Part shown: positions 28,403 through 39,202 of the stretch, piece after piece
How the letters are laid out: each line of letters opens with the position of its first letter
Numbering within the stretch: position 1 is the first letter of the stretch
NCBI GenBank assembly: GCA_944392815.1
Contig: CALXXY010000003.1
Location: 1-64,000 of the forward strand
Reading direction: 5' to 3'
Source: an uncultured Alphaproteobacteria bacterium
Lineage (GTDB): Bacteria; Pseudomonadota; Alphaproteobacteria; Rs-D84
Length of the DNA: 64,000 bases
Position numbers and translations under genes: made by a program
The notes under the pieces: generated by a model
Seen by the model: the letters and a program-made list of their open reading frames with translations, nothing else
What the model was told of the DNA's origin: nothing
The model's database searches: none

Positions 28403-31057
28403 ATGGCTAAAAAATTCACACTTTCACCGGCCCAGGATACCGCCGCAAATCCCGCGGAAAACGTATGGGTCCAGGCAAACGCCGGCACAGGAAAAACCAG
28501 CGTTCTGGTTCAACGACTGTTGCGTATTTTGTTTCGCACCGACCAAATTGATGATTGTGGCATATTATGCCTGACGTATACCAAGGCCGCGGCCGGCGAA
28601 ATGCGCAACCGTATTTTGCGCGAATTACAAAATTGGGCCATGGCGTCCGACGATGAATTAATTGAATTATTGGACAACGTGTCCGAACGCAAACCCGCGA
28701 CACTGGACGACATCGCCCACGCCCGCATGGTGTTTTTTAAATACATCGATGACCCAGAATTGTTAAAAATCAAAACAATCCACGGTTTTTGCGAAGAAAT
28801 CCTGCGCCAATTTCCTATCGAGGCCGGCATATCCCCATCATGGACATTGGTATCAGACGACACACAACGCGTACTATTACAGGACGCATTTTCACACCTG
28901 GTCAATTCCACGAATAACGCAACTGTGTCGGACGCATTTTCATATTTGGTGGAACGAATTGATGAAAATCGCATCGGTGATTTAATGACATTGTTGGGCG
29001 AACATTATCGTACATTTTTTCAGATAAACGATATTATTAATTATCGCAAATATTTCATTGATACGATTACAGAATTTTTAAAATTAAACGACCCGATTCA
29101 GACCGAAATTTCACCCGAAAAACTGCAAAAGATCATCGATTTGGCCACAATCGATATAAATGCATCAAAAAAGCCGGCACAATACTTGATAGACATTGTT
29201 AATATTACAAAACAATACATTAACAAAACGGCAGATTTTGAAAAATATAAATCTGCGTATTTAACGCAAAGCGGTACACCCATCAAGAATGTTTCGCGCA
29301 AAGATTATCTGACGACCGAACAACAACGCGTATATGACGTAAATCAGTACAATTTATCAAAACAAATCTTTGACGACACAATGGCTATATTCGAATTGTC
29401 GGCCGAATTTGCAAAAATTTACGGCAAATTAAAATCCGAACGCAATCTGTTGGACTTCGACGATTTGATTTTATACACAAAAAAATTGTTTTCATCACCG
29501 GACACCATGGGTTGGGTTTTGTCGCAATTAAATGTGCACCTGGCGCACATTCTGGTGGACGAAGCCCAAGACACCAGCCCACTGCAATGGGATATTTTAC
29601 GCATGTTGTCGGGCGATTTCTTTACAGACGGCGACACAAAAAACAACCACCATTCATTATTCGTCGTCGGTGACACAAAACAATCAATATATGGATTCCA
29701 GGGCGCGGATCCGCGCGCATTCGCCGCCAGTCGCGACGAAATTTCGAACCAAATTCAACAAAATATGCGTACACTGCAAAATATTCCATTGGTGCAAAGT
29801 TTTCGTTCTATGCCGCAAATTTTGTACGCTGTTGACGCATTTTTTAACAACCCAGACGTTCGCGAGCAAACGGGATTTATAAACAATTCGCACAAATGGG
29901 CAAAAACGGATCCGAACGCATTTGTGGAATTACACAAACTGGTCGATGCGAACACAACGGACACAAACATAAACGAATACCTGGGACAAATCGCGGACAA
30001 AATCCAATCGGTTATAACCGATGACAAATTCAGCCCAAACGACATCATGGTGCTGGTACAAAATCGTGAACCAATGACGCCATTGCTTGTTCGCGAATTA
30101 AAACGTCGAAATATCCCCGTCGCAGGCAGCGACCGCATTATTTTGCCAAAATTTCCGGCTATTCGCGACCTGTTAAACCTGACACGTTTTTGTATTAACC
30201 CCGACGACGATTTCAGTTTATGTTGTACTTTAAAAAGTCCAATTTTCAGATTGTCCGAACGTGATATTTTTAATATTTGCAAAATTAAAAATGACGAAAA
30301 TAATACGCGCAAAAACGCATGCAGCGATTACAAACCAACCACTGTTTTTGATGTTTTGTTAAACACCCACCCGGACATTCATGCCCAATTGTCAAAAATG
30401 ATAAATTGGTCAGCAACAGTGGCCCCATATTCATTTTACACGAACGTATTGGACACAAACAATATTCGCAGCAGCATGATTGCAGCGCTGGGGAACCAGA
30501 TTGTTGACCCATTGGAAGAATTCCTGACCATATGCCTGGCATATGAACGCACACAATGCGGGACACTGCGGCACTTTTTAAAATGGTTCATCACCGGCGG
30601 CAGCACCATCAAACGCGATATGGACACGGCCCCCGGCGTACGCATAGTGACAGTCCACAGCAGCAAGGGCCTAGAGGCCCCCGTAATATTCCTAATCGAC
30701 ACAGTACGCACACCTAAACAGGAACATGTTTTTCCAATAGCCCCGGAAATGCAGTCCGCCACATTACGCGCCCGTGGCGCAAATTTACCATCACCATGGC
30801 TATGGTCACCACGAGCAAACAATTCCACCGCCCGCGATCGCGCAGTCGCGTCCACATCAAAAACAAAAATCGCCGAATACTATCGGTTATTGTACGTCGC
30901 CATGACGCGCGCGATAAAACGATTGTACATATATGGATTTGCACCAAAAACCAAACCTGCCGCAGAATTGTCATGGCACACCCAACTGTGGCGCGTATTG
31001 TCCACAAACGAAAAATCAACCGTCACCGACGAAATCATCAGGATAAACGATGTCTGA
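28403..31057 (+). CDS. addA: AddA-type UvrD/SF1A helicase (helicase domains only)
   Basis: WVQANAGTGKT, LTYTKAAAGEM, TIHGFC, LVDEAQDTS, VGDTKQSIYGFQGAD, TVHSSKGLE, RLLYVAMTRA. Confidence 0.9.
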   Translation: MAKKFTLSPAQDTAANPAENVWVQANAGTGKTSVLVQRLLRILFRTDQIDDCGILCLTYTKAAAGEMRNRILRELQNWAMASDDELIELLDNVSERKPATLDDIAHARMVFFKYIDDPELLKIKTIHGFCEEILRQFPIEAGISPSWTLVSDDTQRVLLQDAFSHLVNSTNNATVSDAFSYLVERIDENRIGDLMTLLGEHYRTFFQINDIINYRKYFIDTITEFLKLNDPIQTEISPEKLQKIIDLATIDINASKKPAQYLIDIVNITKQYINKTADFEKYKSAYLTQSGTPIKNVSRKDYLTTEQQRVYDVNQYNLSKQIFDDTMAIFELSAEFAKIYGKLKSERNLLDFDDLILYTKKLFSSPDTMGWVLSQLNVHLAHILVDEAQDTSPLQWDILRMLSGDFFTDGDTKNNHHSLFVVGDTKQSIYGFQGADPRAFAASRDEISNQIQQNMRTLQNIPLVQSFRSMPQILYAVDAFFNNPDVREQTGFINNSHKWAKTDPNAFVELHKLVDANTTDTNINEYLGQIADKIQSVITDDKFSPNDIMVLVQNREPMTPLLVRELKRRNIPVAGSDRIILPKFPAIRDLLNLTRFCINPDDDFSLCCTLKSPIFRLSERDIFNICKIKNDENNTRKNACSDYKPTTVFDVLLNTHPDIHAQLSKMINWSATVAPYSFYTNVLDTNNIRSSMIAALGNQIVDPLEEFLTICLAYERTQCGTLRHFLKWFITGGSTIKRDMDTAPGVRIVTVHSSKGLEAPVIFLIDTVRTPKQEHVFPIAPEMQSATLRARGANLPSPWLWSPRANNSTARDRAVASTSKTKIAEYYRLLYVAMTRAIKRLYIYGFAPKTKPAAELSWHTQLWRVLSTNEKSTVTDEIIRINDV

Positions 31058-31499
31058 CACAAAACTGCGCGATATCATATCGCAAATGAAACACACAAAA
31101 ATCGCAACCGACACAGGTAAAAAAATGCACACGAAAATGCAGGGCATCATCATTTCCGACACCGCCCCACACGGCGACGCTGAAATACGCGCAAAAATCG
31201 CACAACGCCCTGAATTGACGCATTTTTTTGCGACAAATTCTAAAACTGAGGTTCCCATCGCAGGTCACATAAACGGCAAATTCATCAGTCGCCGCATCGA
31301 CAGATTAATCATCGACGACACAAACAAAACAATAGACATTCTGGATTACAAAACAGACACGAACAAGACCGCATTTATTGATAAATACACCGCACAAATC
31401 AACGAATACGCCACGTTATTGCGCGACATATATCCGAATTACACAATTCGCGGCTATATTTTATGGCTGCATGATTTTGAATTGACCAAAATCATATAA
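31050..31499 (+). CDS. PD-(D/E)XK RecB-type nuclease (separated AddA C-terminal domain)
   Basis: G..MH, TEVPIAG, RIDRL, ILDYKTD, Q..EY..LL..IYP. Confidence 0.85.
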   Translation: MSDTKLRDIISQMKHTKIATDTGKKMHTKMQGIIISDTAPHGDAEIRAKIAQRPELTHFFATNSKTEVPIAGHINGKFISRRIDRLIIDDTNKTIDILDYKTDTNKTAFIDKYTAQINEYATLLRDIYPNYTIRGYILWLHDFELTKII

Positions 31500-31504
31500 A
31501 AACC

Positions 31505-31540
31505 TTGAAAAACATCACACAGTACGACTATAATTCAGGC
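31505..31540 (+). promoter_or_regulatory. sigma70 promoter of recN, leaderless-type
   Basis: TTGAAA(31505)-18-TATAAT(31529-34), 6 nt before the ATG, no SD. Confidence 0.6.
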
Positions 31541-33193
31541 ATGTTAACACGGCTGTATATATCTAATATAGTTTTAATAGAAAAACTGAACCTGGAATTC
31601 GGTGCGGGATTAAACATTTTGACCGGCGAAACAGGGGCGGGCAAAAGTATTCTGTTGGACGCCCTGGCACTGGCGCTGGGCGCGCGTTCCGACACGGGCC
31701 TGGTGCGTCACGGTTGCGACAGCGCAAATGTAATCGCAGAATTCGACACCATTCCCACCACACTGAAAAATATATTGGACGAAAACGGCATTGAATTTGA
31801 CGACGCATTAATATTGCGCCGTACATTGACATCAGACGGCAAATCACGCGCATGGGTAAACGATATTCCTGTATCGATAAAAACGCTGAAACAAATCGGT
31901 GACGAATTGGTGGAAATTCACGGTCAATTTGCAAACCATACACTGCTGAACCCGACAACGCACCGCAATTCATTGGATATATTCGGGACAAAAAACAACC
32001 CTGAATACAACGCGTTATTGGAAACAGTTCGCGCAAATTATAACGAATATCACACCGCGCAAAATAAATTGACCGAACTGCAACAAATGTTGGAAAAATC
32101 GGCCACAGAACGTGAATTTTTGGAACACAATGTCCGCGAATTGGAATCTTTGAACGTTCAACCGGGCGAAGAAAACGAATTGGCCACCAAACGCGCCACC
32201 ATGATGAACGCGGAAAAAGACGCGGCAATTTTATCCGACGCCATTGCGGCATTAAACCCACACGGACAATCGCTGTCCGAACACATTTTTGCAGCCGCGA
32301 ACACATTATTGCATATAAAAACAGACCCAAATCCATACGCTGAACAAATCGACAATTTATACGGCGTGGCCAACGCATTATCTGAAATAGAAGAAAAATT
32401 GGCACCCAACGAAATAGACACAGCCGACCTGGATTCAATCGAAGAACGTCTGTTTGCCATTCGTGCCGCCGCCCGCAAATATCGCGTTTCGGCCGACGAA
32501 CTGCCGCAAACACTGACAAAAATGGCCGCGGAATTAAACACGATTGAAAATTCAGACGCAGAATTAAAAAAATTAACTTCCTGCGTCACCCAGAAAAAAA
32601 CCGAATTTGATAAATCGGCCACAAAATTAACCGTCGCCCGCACAGCGGCCGCCGAACAATTGCGCGCACAAATATTGGCCGAATTGCCGGATTTAAAACT
32701 GGGCACCGCGGATTTCATGGTGGAAATCACGCCATGCGCGCCATCTGCAAACGGGATTGATAATATCACGTTTATGATAAAAACGAACCCGGGCATGCCA
32801 TTTGCGCCATTGCACCGTGCGGCGTCTGGTGGCGAATTGGCACGCCTAATGTTGGCATTGCGCGTGGTGCTGGCGGATACAAACACTGCGCACACATTCA
32901 TATTCGACGAAATCGACACAGGCATCAGCGGCGCCACGGCGTCCGCCGTGGGCAACCGGTTAAATCGCCTGGCTGCCACGTCCCAGGCGTTGGTAATCAC
33001 CCATTCGGCCCAGGTTGCCGGCTATGCCGACAAACATTTCAAAATTGCGAAATCTGTGGAAAATGATGTCACAAAAACAACAGTGACCGAAATCATCGGT
33101 GACGCGCGCATAAATGAAATCGCCCGCATAATCAGTGGCGCCGAAATCACCCCAGAATCACTGGCCACCGCAAAAACATTGATAAAAAATTAA
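31541..33193 (+). CDS. recN: DNA repair protein RecN
   Basis: LTGETGAGKS, EIHGQ, ASGGELAR, IFDEIDTG, ITHSAQVA. Confidence 0.96.
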   Translation: MLTRLYISNIVLIEKLNLEFGAGLNILTGETGAGKSILLDALALALGARSDTGLVRHGCDSANVIAEFDTIPTTLKNILDENGIEFDDALILRRTLTSDGKSRAWVNDIPVSIKTLKQIGDELVEIHGQFANHTLLNPTTHRNSLDIFGTKNNPEYNALLETVRANYNEYHTAQNKLTELQQMLEKSATEREFLEHNVRELESLNVQPGEENELATKRATMMNAEKDAAILSDAIAALNPHGQSLSEHIFAAANTLLHIKTDPNPYAEQIDNLYGVANALSEIEEKLAPNEIDTADLDSIEERLFAIRAAARKYRVSADELPQTLTKMAAELNTIENSDAELKKLTSCVTQKKTEFDKSATKLTVARTAAAEQLRAQILAELPDLKLGTADFMVEITPCAPSANGIDNITFMIKTNPGMPFAPLHRAASGGELARLMLALRVVLADTNTAHTFIFDEIDTGISGATASAVGNRLNRLAATSQALVITHSAQVAGYADKHFKIAKSVENDVTKTTVTEIIGDARINEIARIISGAEITPESLATAKTLIKN

Positions 33194-34425
33194 ACTTTCA
33201 CAACGCCATCGGCGAATTCAATCGACGCAGGACGTGCACCGTCCGCCCGACTGATTATTTGATTTTTTTCATCACGCACAATTGCATATCCGCGCGATAA
33301 AACGCTTTTATAACTTAACGAATTCAACATTTGCCCTAAATGATTCAATCCCTGGGTCATGACCATCATTTTATTTTGCAATATGTTCGGAAACGCAGCC
33401 ACGGCGTCCATACGCCCACGCGCAGCAACAATTTTCCCGTTAATTATCACATTCAAAGTACGCGAAATATCGTCCAAACGCTGTTGCTGTTCCATCACCA
33501 ATTGTTTTGGATTTTTTACAACAATGGATTCCACGCGCGCCCGGGCATTGGTCAAACGCGTAGTAAAATTATTCGACAACCTGTGCCACAAATTATCCAA
33601 TTCCTGAATCAACGACAACTTGGTCGGCACAACCATTTCGGCCGCCCCAGTCGGCGTCGGCGCGCGCACATCGGCCGCATAGTCAATCAGCATCCAATCC
33701 GGTTCGTGTCCGACACCGGAAATCAACGGAATTTCACTGGCCGCAGCGGCACGAACAACAATCTCTTCGGAAAAAGGCAACAAATCTTCCAACGCACCGC
33801 CACCACGTGCAACAATAATCACATCAACATTTTTTGCACGATTAAAATATTCGATACCGGCGGCAACCTCGGCCGCGGCAGTTGTGCCCTGAACAGTCGC
33901 AGGATACAACACAACCGTCACCGGAAAACGTTCACGCAATCTGTTTTGAATATCCTGAAACGCGGCACCGGTCGGACTTGTCACCACGCCAATTCGCTGA
34001 GGCAGTCGGGGCAGCGGCTTTTTACGTGCCTGGTCAAACAGTCCCTCGGCGGCCAGTTTACGTTTGCGTTCCTCCAACATTTTCAGGATTGCGCCCACAC
34101 CCGCCATTTCTATTTCAGACACAATAATTTGATAATTGCTGCGCGCGGGATACGTTGTAAAACGCCCGGTAATAATAACCTCCAACCCGTCTTCTAATTT
34201 AAACGGAACGGGCGTACCGCGCCAAATAATCACAGATATGGCCGCCCCAGCATCCTTTATCGTCATATACATATGCCCGGACGTGGCGCGCGTAATCTGC
34301 GACAATTCACCACGCACACGAATGCGCGGGAACGCCGTTTCCACGACGTTTTTCAATAACGCAGACGCATCAGTCACGCTAAACACTGTATCCGGCTGGA
34401 CAAAAGGTTGTGGTTTTTCCAACAT
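33190..34425 (-). CDS. xseA: Exodeoxyribonuclease VII large subunit
   Basis: VRGELS, SGHMY, EGLFD, VTSPTGAA, ARGGG, SGVGHE, APTPTGAAE. Confidence 0.95.
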   Translation of the reverse strand: MLEKPQPFVQPDTVFSVTDASALLKNVVETAFPRIRVRGELSQITRATSGHMYMTIKDAGAAISVIIWRGTPVPFKLEDGLEVIITGRFTTYPARSNYQIIVSEIEMAGVGAILKMLEERKRKLAAEGLFDQARKKPLPRLPQRIGVVTSPTGAAFQDIQNRLRERFPVTVVLYPATVQGTTAAAEVAAGIEYFNRAKNVDVIIVARGGGALEDLLPFSEEIVVRAAAASEIPLISGVGHEPDWMLIDYAADVRAPTPTGAAEMVVPTKLSLIQELDNLWHRLSNNFTTRLTNARARVESIVVKNPKQLVMEQQQRLDDISRTLNVIINGKIVAARGRMDAVAAFPNILQNKMMVMTQGLNHLGQMLNSLSYKSVLSRGYAIVRDEKNQIISRADGARPASIEFADGVVKV

Positions 34426-34427
34426 AA

Positions 34428-34919
34428 TTAACGCCTATCAAGTTCTTTTTTAATTTCCGCAATAAATTTTTCTTTATTGGGTGTTTTCATATCACCCATA
34501 CGGCGATTAATCGGCGTTCCCAATTCATACGGCACGCGCAGCGGCGCAAACTGATCCCCGGTGGTATCAAACGGAATATCCAATTCACGATTGTGCAAAA
34601 ACACCACAGGCGCATGTTCCCACGCCCCCAACTTTATCGCAGACGGTTGCCACACGGTATCCCCACCATACAAATTATAAATGCAAATCGTGGACAGGGC
34701 ACAAAAACCCTTGGGATACGGGACGAACCCCATAAACGGCATATTGCCAACATATTTTTTGCGAAACGCTGCGTCTTTGAATTTATTGCGCAACACGTAC
34801 GAAATATCATACAATGTATATTCAGCGTCGAATTTATCCAGCATTACGCTGTCAATTCGCTGTGCTGTTTCCAAAACTTTGCGGGTTGCCGCATCATATT
34901 TTTCCAAATAATCATTCAT
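34428..34919 (-). CDS. Hypothetical protein, transglutaminase/papain-like motif
   Basis: GFCALS...VW...FLHN...DTTGDQF..PY. Confidence 0.6.
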   Translation of the reverse strand: MNDYLEKYDAATRKVLETAQRIDSVMLDKFDAEYTLYDISYVLRNKFKDAAFRKKYVGNMPFMGFVPYPKGFCALSTICIYNLYGGDTVWQPSAIKLGAWEHAPVVFLHNRELDIPFDTTGDQFAPLRVPYELGTPINRRMGDMKTPNKEKFIAEIKKELDRR

Positions 34920-34958
34920 AATGCGTTAATTATAGCACATCTGGCATTAAAAACAAGT

Positions 34959-35507
34959 TTATCTGCTGCCGCGTCCCAACGCCCGCAACGAATTAACAAA
35001 AACCACATAGCCCAAATCAATACCCAACCGTCGCGCAAAAGTATACGCACGTTTAAATTCGAAATCGCTGCTGTTATAATCGCCCACTTTGTCATACGGA
35101 ATTTTTAAATATTCCCCATCATCACCCACAAATTGGTCAAAGGTCAAATCCAGTGGTTCGCCCGTAAATTTATTTTCCAACCACACATGATCCCACTTGT
35201 CCCCGACTATCAGTTTTAATCGCCAAACTTCGTCCCCATCTGGCATACGAAATAAATGATTCCACGTATAACTGGCAATACCACAAAAACCAGCAGAATA
35301 CGCCCCATGCGCAACACGGGCCTGTTCATATTTTTGTTGTAAAACCCGCCTGCGCAAACGCGTGTCACAAAACGCCCTGCGGAAATCGCGCACCATACAC
35401 GACATATCATATTTCGGATTAAAATCGGACGGCAAATTTAACCATTGTGATTGTACCTGGTGCACCAATGATTCAGTGGCCTCATTATACCGCATCATAT
35501 CAACCAT
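34959..35507 (-). CDS. Hypothetical protein, transglutaminase/papain-like Cys-His-Asp motif
   Basis: GFCGIAS...VW...HVWLEN...DLTFDQF...PY. Confidence 0.65.
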   Translation of the reverse strand: MVDMMRYNEATESLVHQVQSQWLNLPSDFNPKYDMSCMVRDFRRAFCDTRLRRRVLQQKYEQARVAHGAYSAGFCGIASYTWNHLFRMPDGDEVWRLKLIVGDKWDHVWLENKFTGEPLDLTFDQFVGDDGEYLKIPYDKVGDYNSSDFEFKRAYTFARRLGIDLGYVVFVNSLRALGRGSR

Positions 35508-35508
35508 A

Positions 35509-36639
35509 TTATAACTCCGTCAACGGCCAACGGGGGCGGGGCGCCACAGGCGACGTGACAACGCGTCCCAACCTGTAATTTTCCAACCCGGCCCACGCAA
35601 TCATGGCACCATTATCCGTGCACAAATTCATCGGTGGCGCAGCAAACACCACACCATGCGCCGCCGCCAAACGTTCCATCGCACTGCGCACAGCACTGTT
35701 TTTCGCAACACCGCCCGCCACCACCAAAGTTTTTGGCGCGGCCGCAATCACCCGCGAATCAGCATACGCGTTTTCCAACCGATTAATAATGCAATCAACC
35801 ACAGCCGCCTGGAACGACGCACAAAAATCGTTTATATATTCATCACTGTACGGCGGTGTTTGCCGCGACAAAAACGTACGCGCAGCCGTTTTAATTCCAC
35901 TGAACGAAAAATCACACCCAGGCCGGTCGCACAACGGACGCGGGAAATGAAACGCACGCGGATTCCCGGCCGCAGCACGTTTATCAACAACCGGCCCACC
36001 GGGATACCCCAATCCCAACATTTTTGCAACTTTATCAAATGCCTCGCCAGCACTGTCGTCCAGCGTTTGACCAATCATTTCATACTGGCCAACACCGCGC
36101 ACCAATAAAATCTGGCAATGCCCGCCCGACGCCAGCATCAACAAATACGGAAAATCAACATTGGTCGCGCCGTCCGCACCATTTGCCGCCGCTGCATGTA
36201 AACGCGGAACCAGGGCGTGACCCTCCAGATGATTAACGGCAACCAACGGTTTGCCTGTTGATTGCGCAATACCTGTTGCGGCCAACCAACCAACCAACAC
36301 GCCACCTATTAACCCAGGCCCGGCCGTCGCAGCAACAACATCGATATCATCAATCGATTTGCCAGCCGCGTCCAAAGTTCTGTGAATAACGTCATCAATC
36401 GCCAAAATATGCGCACGCGCCGCCAATTCAGGCACCACCCCGCCATACTTTTGGTGTTCAGGAATTTGCGAATAAATAATATGTGCCAAAATATTACGGT
36501 CAGAATCCACCACAGCCGCCGACGTTTCATCACACGATGATTCTATGCCCAAACACAATGTCGCGCGTGGCGTGGCACCATCATGCTCGTCACCATGCAA
36601 AGTGCCCATATCCATCTGAATAATTTTATCCGTATTCAT
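35509..36639 (-). CDS. tsaD: t6A N6-threonylcarbamoyltransferase TsaD
   Basis: GIESSCDET, GGVVPELAARAH, NHLEGH, SGGH, DDSAGEAFDK, TDNGAMIA. Confidence 0.97.
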   Translation of the reverse strand: MNTDKIIQMDMGTLHGDEHDGATPRATLCLGIESSCDETSAAVVDSDRNILAHIIYSQIPEHQKYGGVVPELAARAHILAIDDVIHRTLDAAGKSIDDIDVVAATAGPGLIGGVLVGWLAATGIAQSTGKPLVAVNHLEGHALVPRLHAAAANGADGATNVDFPYLLMLASGGHCQILLVRGVGQYEMIGQTLDDSAGEAFDKVAKMLGLGYPGGPVVDKRAAAGNPRAFHFPRPLCDRPGCDFSFSGIKTAARTFLSRQTPPYSDEYINDFCASFQAAVVDCIINRLENAYADSRVIAAAPKTLVVAGGVAKNSAVRSAMERLAAAHGVVFAAPPMNLCTDNGAMIAWAGLENYRLGRVVTSPVAPRPRWPLTEL

Positions 36640-37322
36640 TTTACTTCCACCAACATAATTCCCAAATTATTTTTATTTTCTGCGCGCGCACGGGCATATT
36701 GATAAAAATCCACGTCCATCACACGCCCATATTGCGACGACGCATGCCGCAATACACCGCCCGGCAATAAAAATCCCATATGCCGCACGGCTAAATCAGT
36801 ACCTATTTTACCACTTTTTTCAAATTGTCCAGAAATAAATAACACTATCATGGGTTTTGTCACATTTATCCCAGCCACTTGTTCATACGGGATATAATTC
36901 AAATCAACCGCCACAGGCGCAAAATCTGAATCAATTCCATGCACGGCACGCAACCAACTTTGTTTATCAATCACCACATGACGCACAGACACATCACCAT
37001 ATTGTTCTGTCACATCAGTCACCAAATCTGCATTGTTTGCCAACCAATCAGTTTCAATAAAATGATTACGATTTACAAAATCAACAACGCCGCCTTTGTA
37101 CCTGATTTTATTTAATTTTTGTACATCACCGCCCGCCAACGACGTTTCCACAAACGTCACACAATCAAACGCATCATCGCGAACAAGTGGATCAGAATCA
37201 GGCGCAACACCTTCGCCCAATGGATCGGCCACATATGCCGCCCCCAAATATTCACGCCCAGGGTCATCAATGTCGCACACCGCGCACCCAACCAACGCGA
37301 ATAAAAACATCAGCCATTTCAT
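36636..37322 (-). CDS. DUF1460 NlpC/P60-like peptidoglycan amidase
   Basis: LGAAY...LGEG, FDCVTFVE, RNHF..DW, HMGF, LRHASS. Confidence 0.85.
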   Translation of the reverse strand: MKWLMFLFALVGCAVCDIDDPGREYLGAAYVADPLGEGVAPDSDPLVRDDAFDCVTFVETSLAGGDVQKLNKIRYKGGVVDFVNRNHFIETDWLANNADLVTDVTEQYGDVSVRHVVIDKQSWLRAVHGIDSDFAPVAVDLNYIPYEQVAGINVTKPMIVLFISGQFEKSGKIGTDLAVRHMGFLLPGGVLRHASSQYGRVMDVDFYQYARARAENKNNLGIMLVEVK

Positions 37323-37324
37323 GA

Positions 37325-37630
37325 TTAATTATTTTGATTCACCAAAATCCCAGTATTGCACAACGACACAGCGTCCCGCACAGCCATCTCGCCACTTCCC
37401 GGCAGGGTTGCAACCTTGTCCACACATTGAACCAATAATTCCAAATTATCTGTACTGGCAATAATAATCTGGGCGGCGGTTGTGCGTCGCGCCACATCAG
37501 CGGCACGCCATTGCCGCAAATTTCCATTTTCCAAATCACTGGATTTCATGGCAAAGAAAAACACCACAACCACAAAAATCAAAACAGCAATTCCGATAAC
37601 AATTTTTAAAATTTTTTTAAACGAATTCAT
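37325..37630 (-). CDS. Hypothetical single-TM protein
   Basis: N-terminal hydrophobic anchor and two Cys; in operon context. Confidence 0.65.
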   Translation of the reverse strand: MNSFKKILKIVIGIAVLIFVVVVFFFAMKSSDLENGNLRQWRAADVARRTTAAQIIIASTDNLELLVQCVDKVATLPGSGEMAVRDAVSLCNTGILVNQNN

Positions 37631-37648
37631 ATGCGCCACCACAATCTG

Positions 37649-38002
37649 CTATTCACAACGGACCAACCACAAATCATAATCCGCATTTTGCACAGGATTA
37701 TCACCGGGTTCATTCGCGCTGGTCCAACCGCTGTAAATTTTCCCCTCGTCCGATTTGTTAATTTCGATAAACATGTAAAAATCCTGGGCATCAAAAGGAT
37801 CCGTTTGCTTGCACGAACGCACCACCATGTCCAATTTTTCAAACTGCGTCGGCACGCCAACGGGCAGGGCAACCGTCTGCACTTTACCGGCGGCCTTGTT
37901 CATAATGCGCACAACGGCGGTTTGTCTGTCAACATATGCGTCCGCCGGACGCGCCGCCCCAAACACAGCCAAAATCAAACCAAACAAAAATAATTTTTTC
38001 AT
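37649..38002 (-). CDS. DUF2155 family periplasmic protein
   Basis: AVVRIMNK, VRSC, IYSGW, YDLWLVRC. Confidence 0.8.
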   Translation of the reverse strand: MKKLFLFGLILAVFGAARPADAYVDRQTAVVRIMNKAAGKVQTVALPVGVPTQFEKLDMVVRSCKQTDPFDAQDFYMFIEINKSDEGKIYSGWTSANEPGDNPVQNADYDLWLVRCE

Positions 38003-38115
38003 AACAAATATTTTACAGACACACGCCCCCAAAGTCAAATCGTTAATCGCCCAGCGCCCCAAAACAAAAATCCCGCACACAGCGGGATTTTTGTTTACAA
38101 TAATTTCGCACAAAA

Positions 38116-38517
38116 TTATTTGTCTTCTGCTTTGGCCGCTTTTTCAGCAGACGCCGCGGACAAATCTTCGACAATACGTGCCTTTTTACCGGACAATCCA
38201 CGCAAAAAGAACAATTTTGCACGACGAACTTTACCTGTGCGAACCTTTTCAATTTTTTCAATCGCAGGGCTGTACAGCGGGAATTTACGTTCCACACCAA
38301 CACCATACGATTCACGGCGCACTGTAAAGGACGCATTATTCCCGGCACCACCATCGCGCGCGATTACGACACCTTCGAAAACCTGGATACGGAATTTATC
38401 GCCATCTTTGATTTTCACGTGTACTTTTACTGTATCACCGGCCTTGAAATCCGGGATTTTTTTATCGCCACGCAGTTTTTCAATTTGTGCCTGTTCAATT
38501 TTTTTAATAATGCTCAT
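38116..38517 (-). CDS. rplS: 50S ribosomal protein L19
   Basis: [41 protein letters not shown]. Confidence 0.98.
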   Translation of the reverse strand: MSIIKKIEQAQIEKLRGDKKIPDFKAGDTVKVHVKIKDGDKFRIQVFEGVVIARDGGAGNNASFTVRRESYGVGVERKFPLYSPAIEKIEKVRTGKVRRAKLFFLRGLSGKKARIVEDLSAASAEKAAKAEDK

Positions 38518-39200
38518 TTTTCATTTTCCTTTATTAAATCCGGACGACGTGATTTTGTTATTTCGTCCGATTGTTGTTTCCGCCATCTTTCTATATTGCC
38601 GTGATGGCCAGACAGCAGGACTTCTGGGACATTACGTCCACGCCATGCCGACGGGCGGGTATATAACGGCCATTCCAACCCCCCGATTTCAAAACTTTCA
38701 TTGCGTGTGGCCTCGGCGCCACCGCCCAGGACATTATCCATCACACGAACCACGCTGTCAATAAAAACTTGCGCGGCAATTTCGCCACCCGACAGTATAT
38801 AATCGCCAATGGACAATTCCATTATGTTATACTCGTCTATGACCCGTTGATCAATGCCTTCGTATCGGCCACACAACAGGGTATAATTCGCATCACGTAC
38901 CGCGGCAAATTCGCGCACCATTTTTTGCGTCAATTGCGGTCCACGCGGCGAAAAGTATATGATTTTACCGCGATTTTTAATCGAATCAATTGCGTCACCC
39001 AAAACATCTGCACGCATAACCTGGCCAACGCCACCGCCGAATTGTTCGTCATCGACACTGCCATAGTTGTCATGTGCAAAATCGCGAATGTTTATGGCAT
39101 CATACGACCAAACCCCATTGGACAGCGCACGCCCAACAACCCCGCCACCCACAGTGCCGGGAAACATTTCCGGAAAAATGGTCAGTATATTGAAATGCAT
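38514..39200 (-). CDS. trmD: tRNA (guanine37-N1)-methyltransferase
   Basis: [45 protein letters not shown]. Confidence 0.97.
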   Translation of the reverse strand: MHFNILTIFPEMFPGTVGGGVVGRALSNGVWSYDAINIRDFAHDNYGSVDDEQFGGGVGQVMRADVLGDAIDSIKNRGKIIYFSPRGPQLTQKMVREFAAVRDANYTLLCGRYEGIDQRVIDEYNIMELSIGDYILSGGEIAAQVFIDSVVRVMDNVLGGGAEATRNESFEIGGLEWPLYTRPSAWRGRNVPEVLLSGHHGNIERWRKQQSDEITKSRRPDLIKENEK

Positions 39201-39202
39201 GT

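Noticed and set aside
24047-34197. Long antisense ORFs (24047-24934, 31563-32519, 32158-33000, 33340-34197)
   Set aside because: Antisense shadows of rpoD, recN and xseA caused by codon bias
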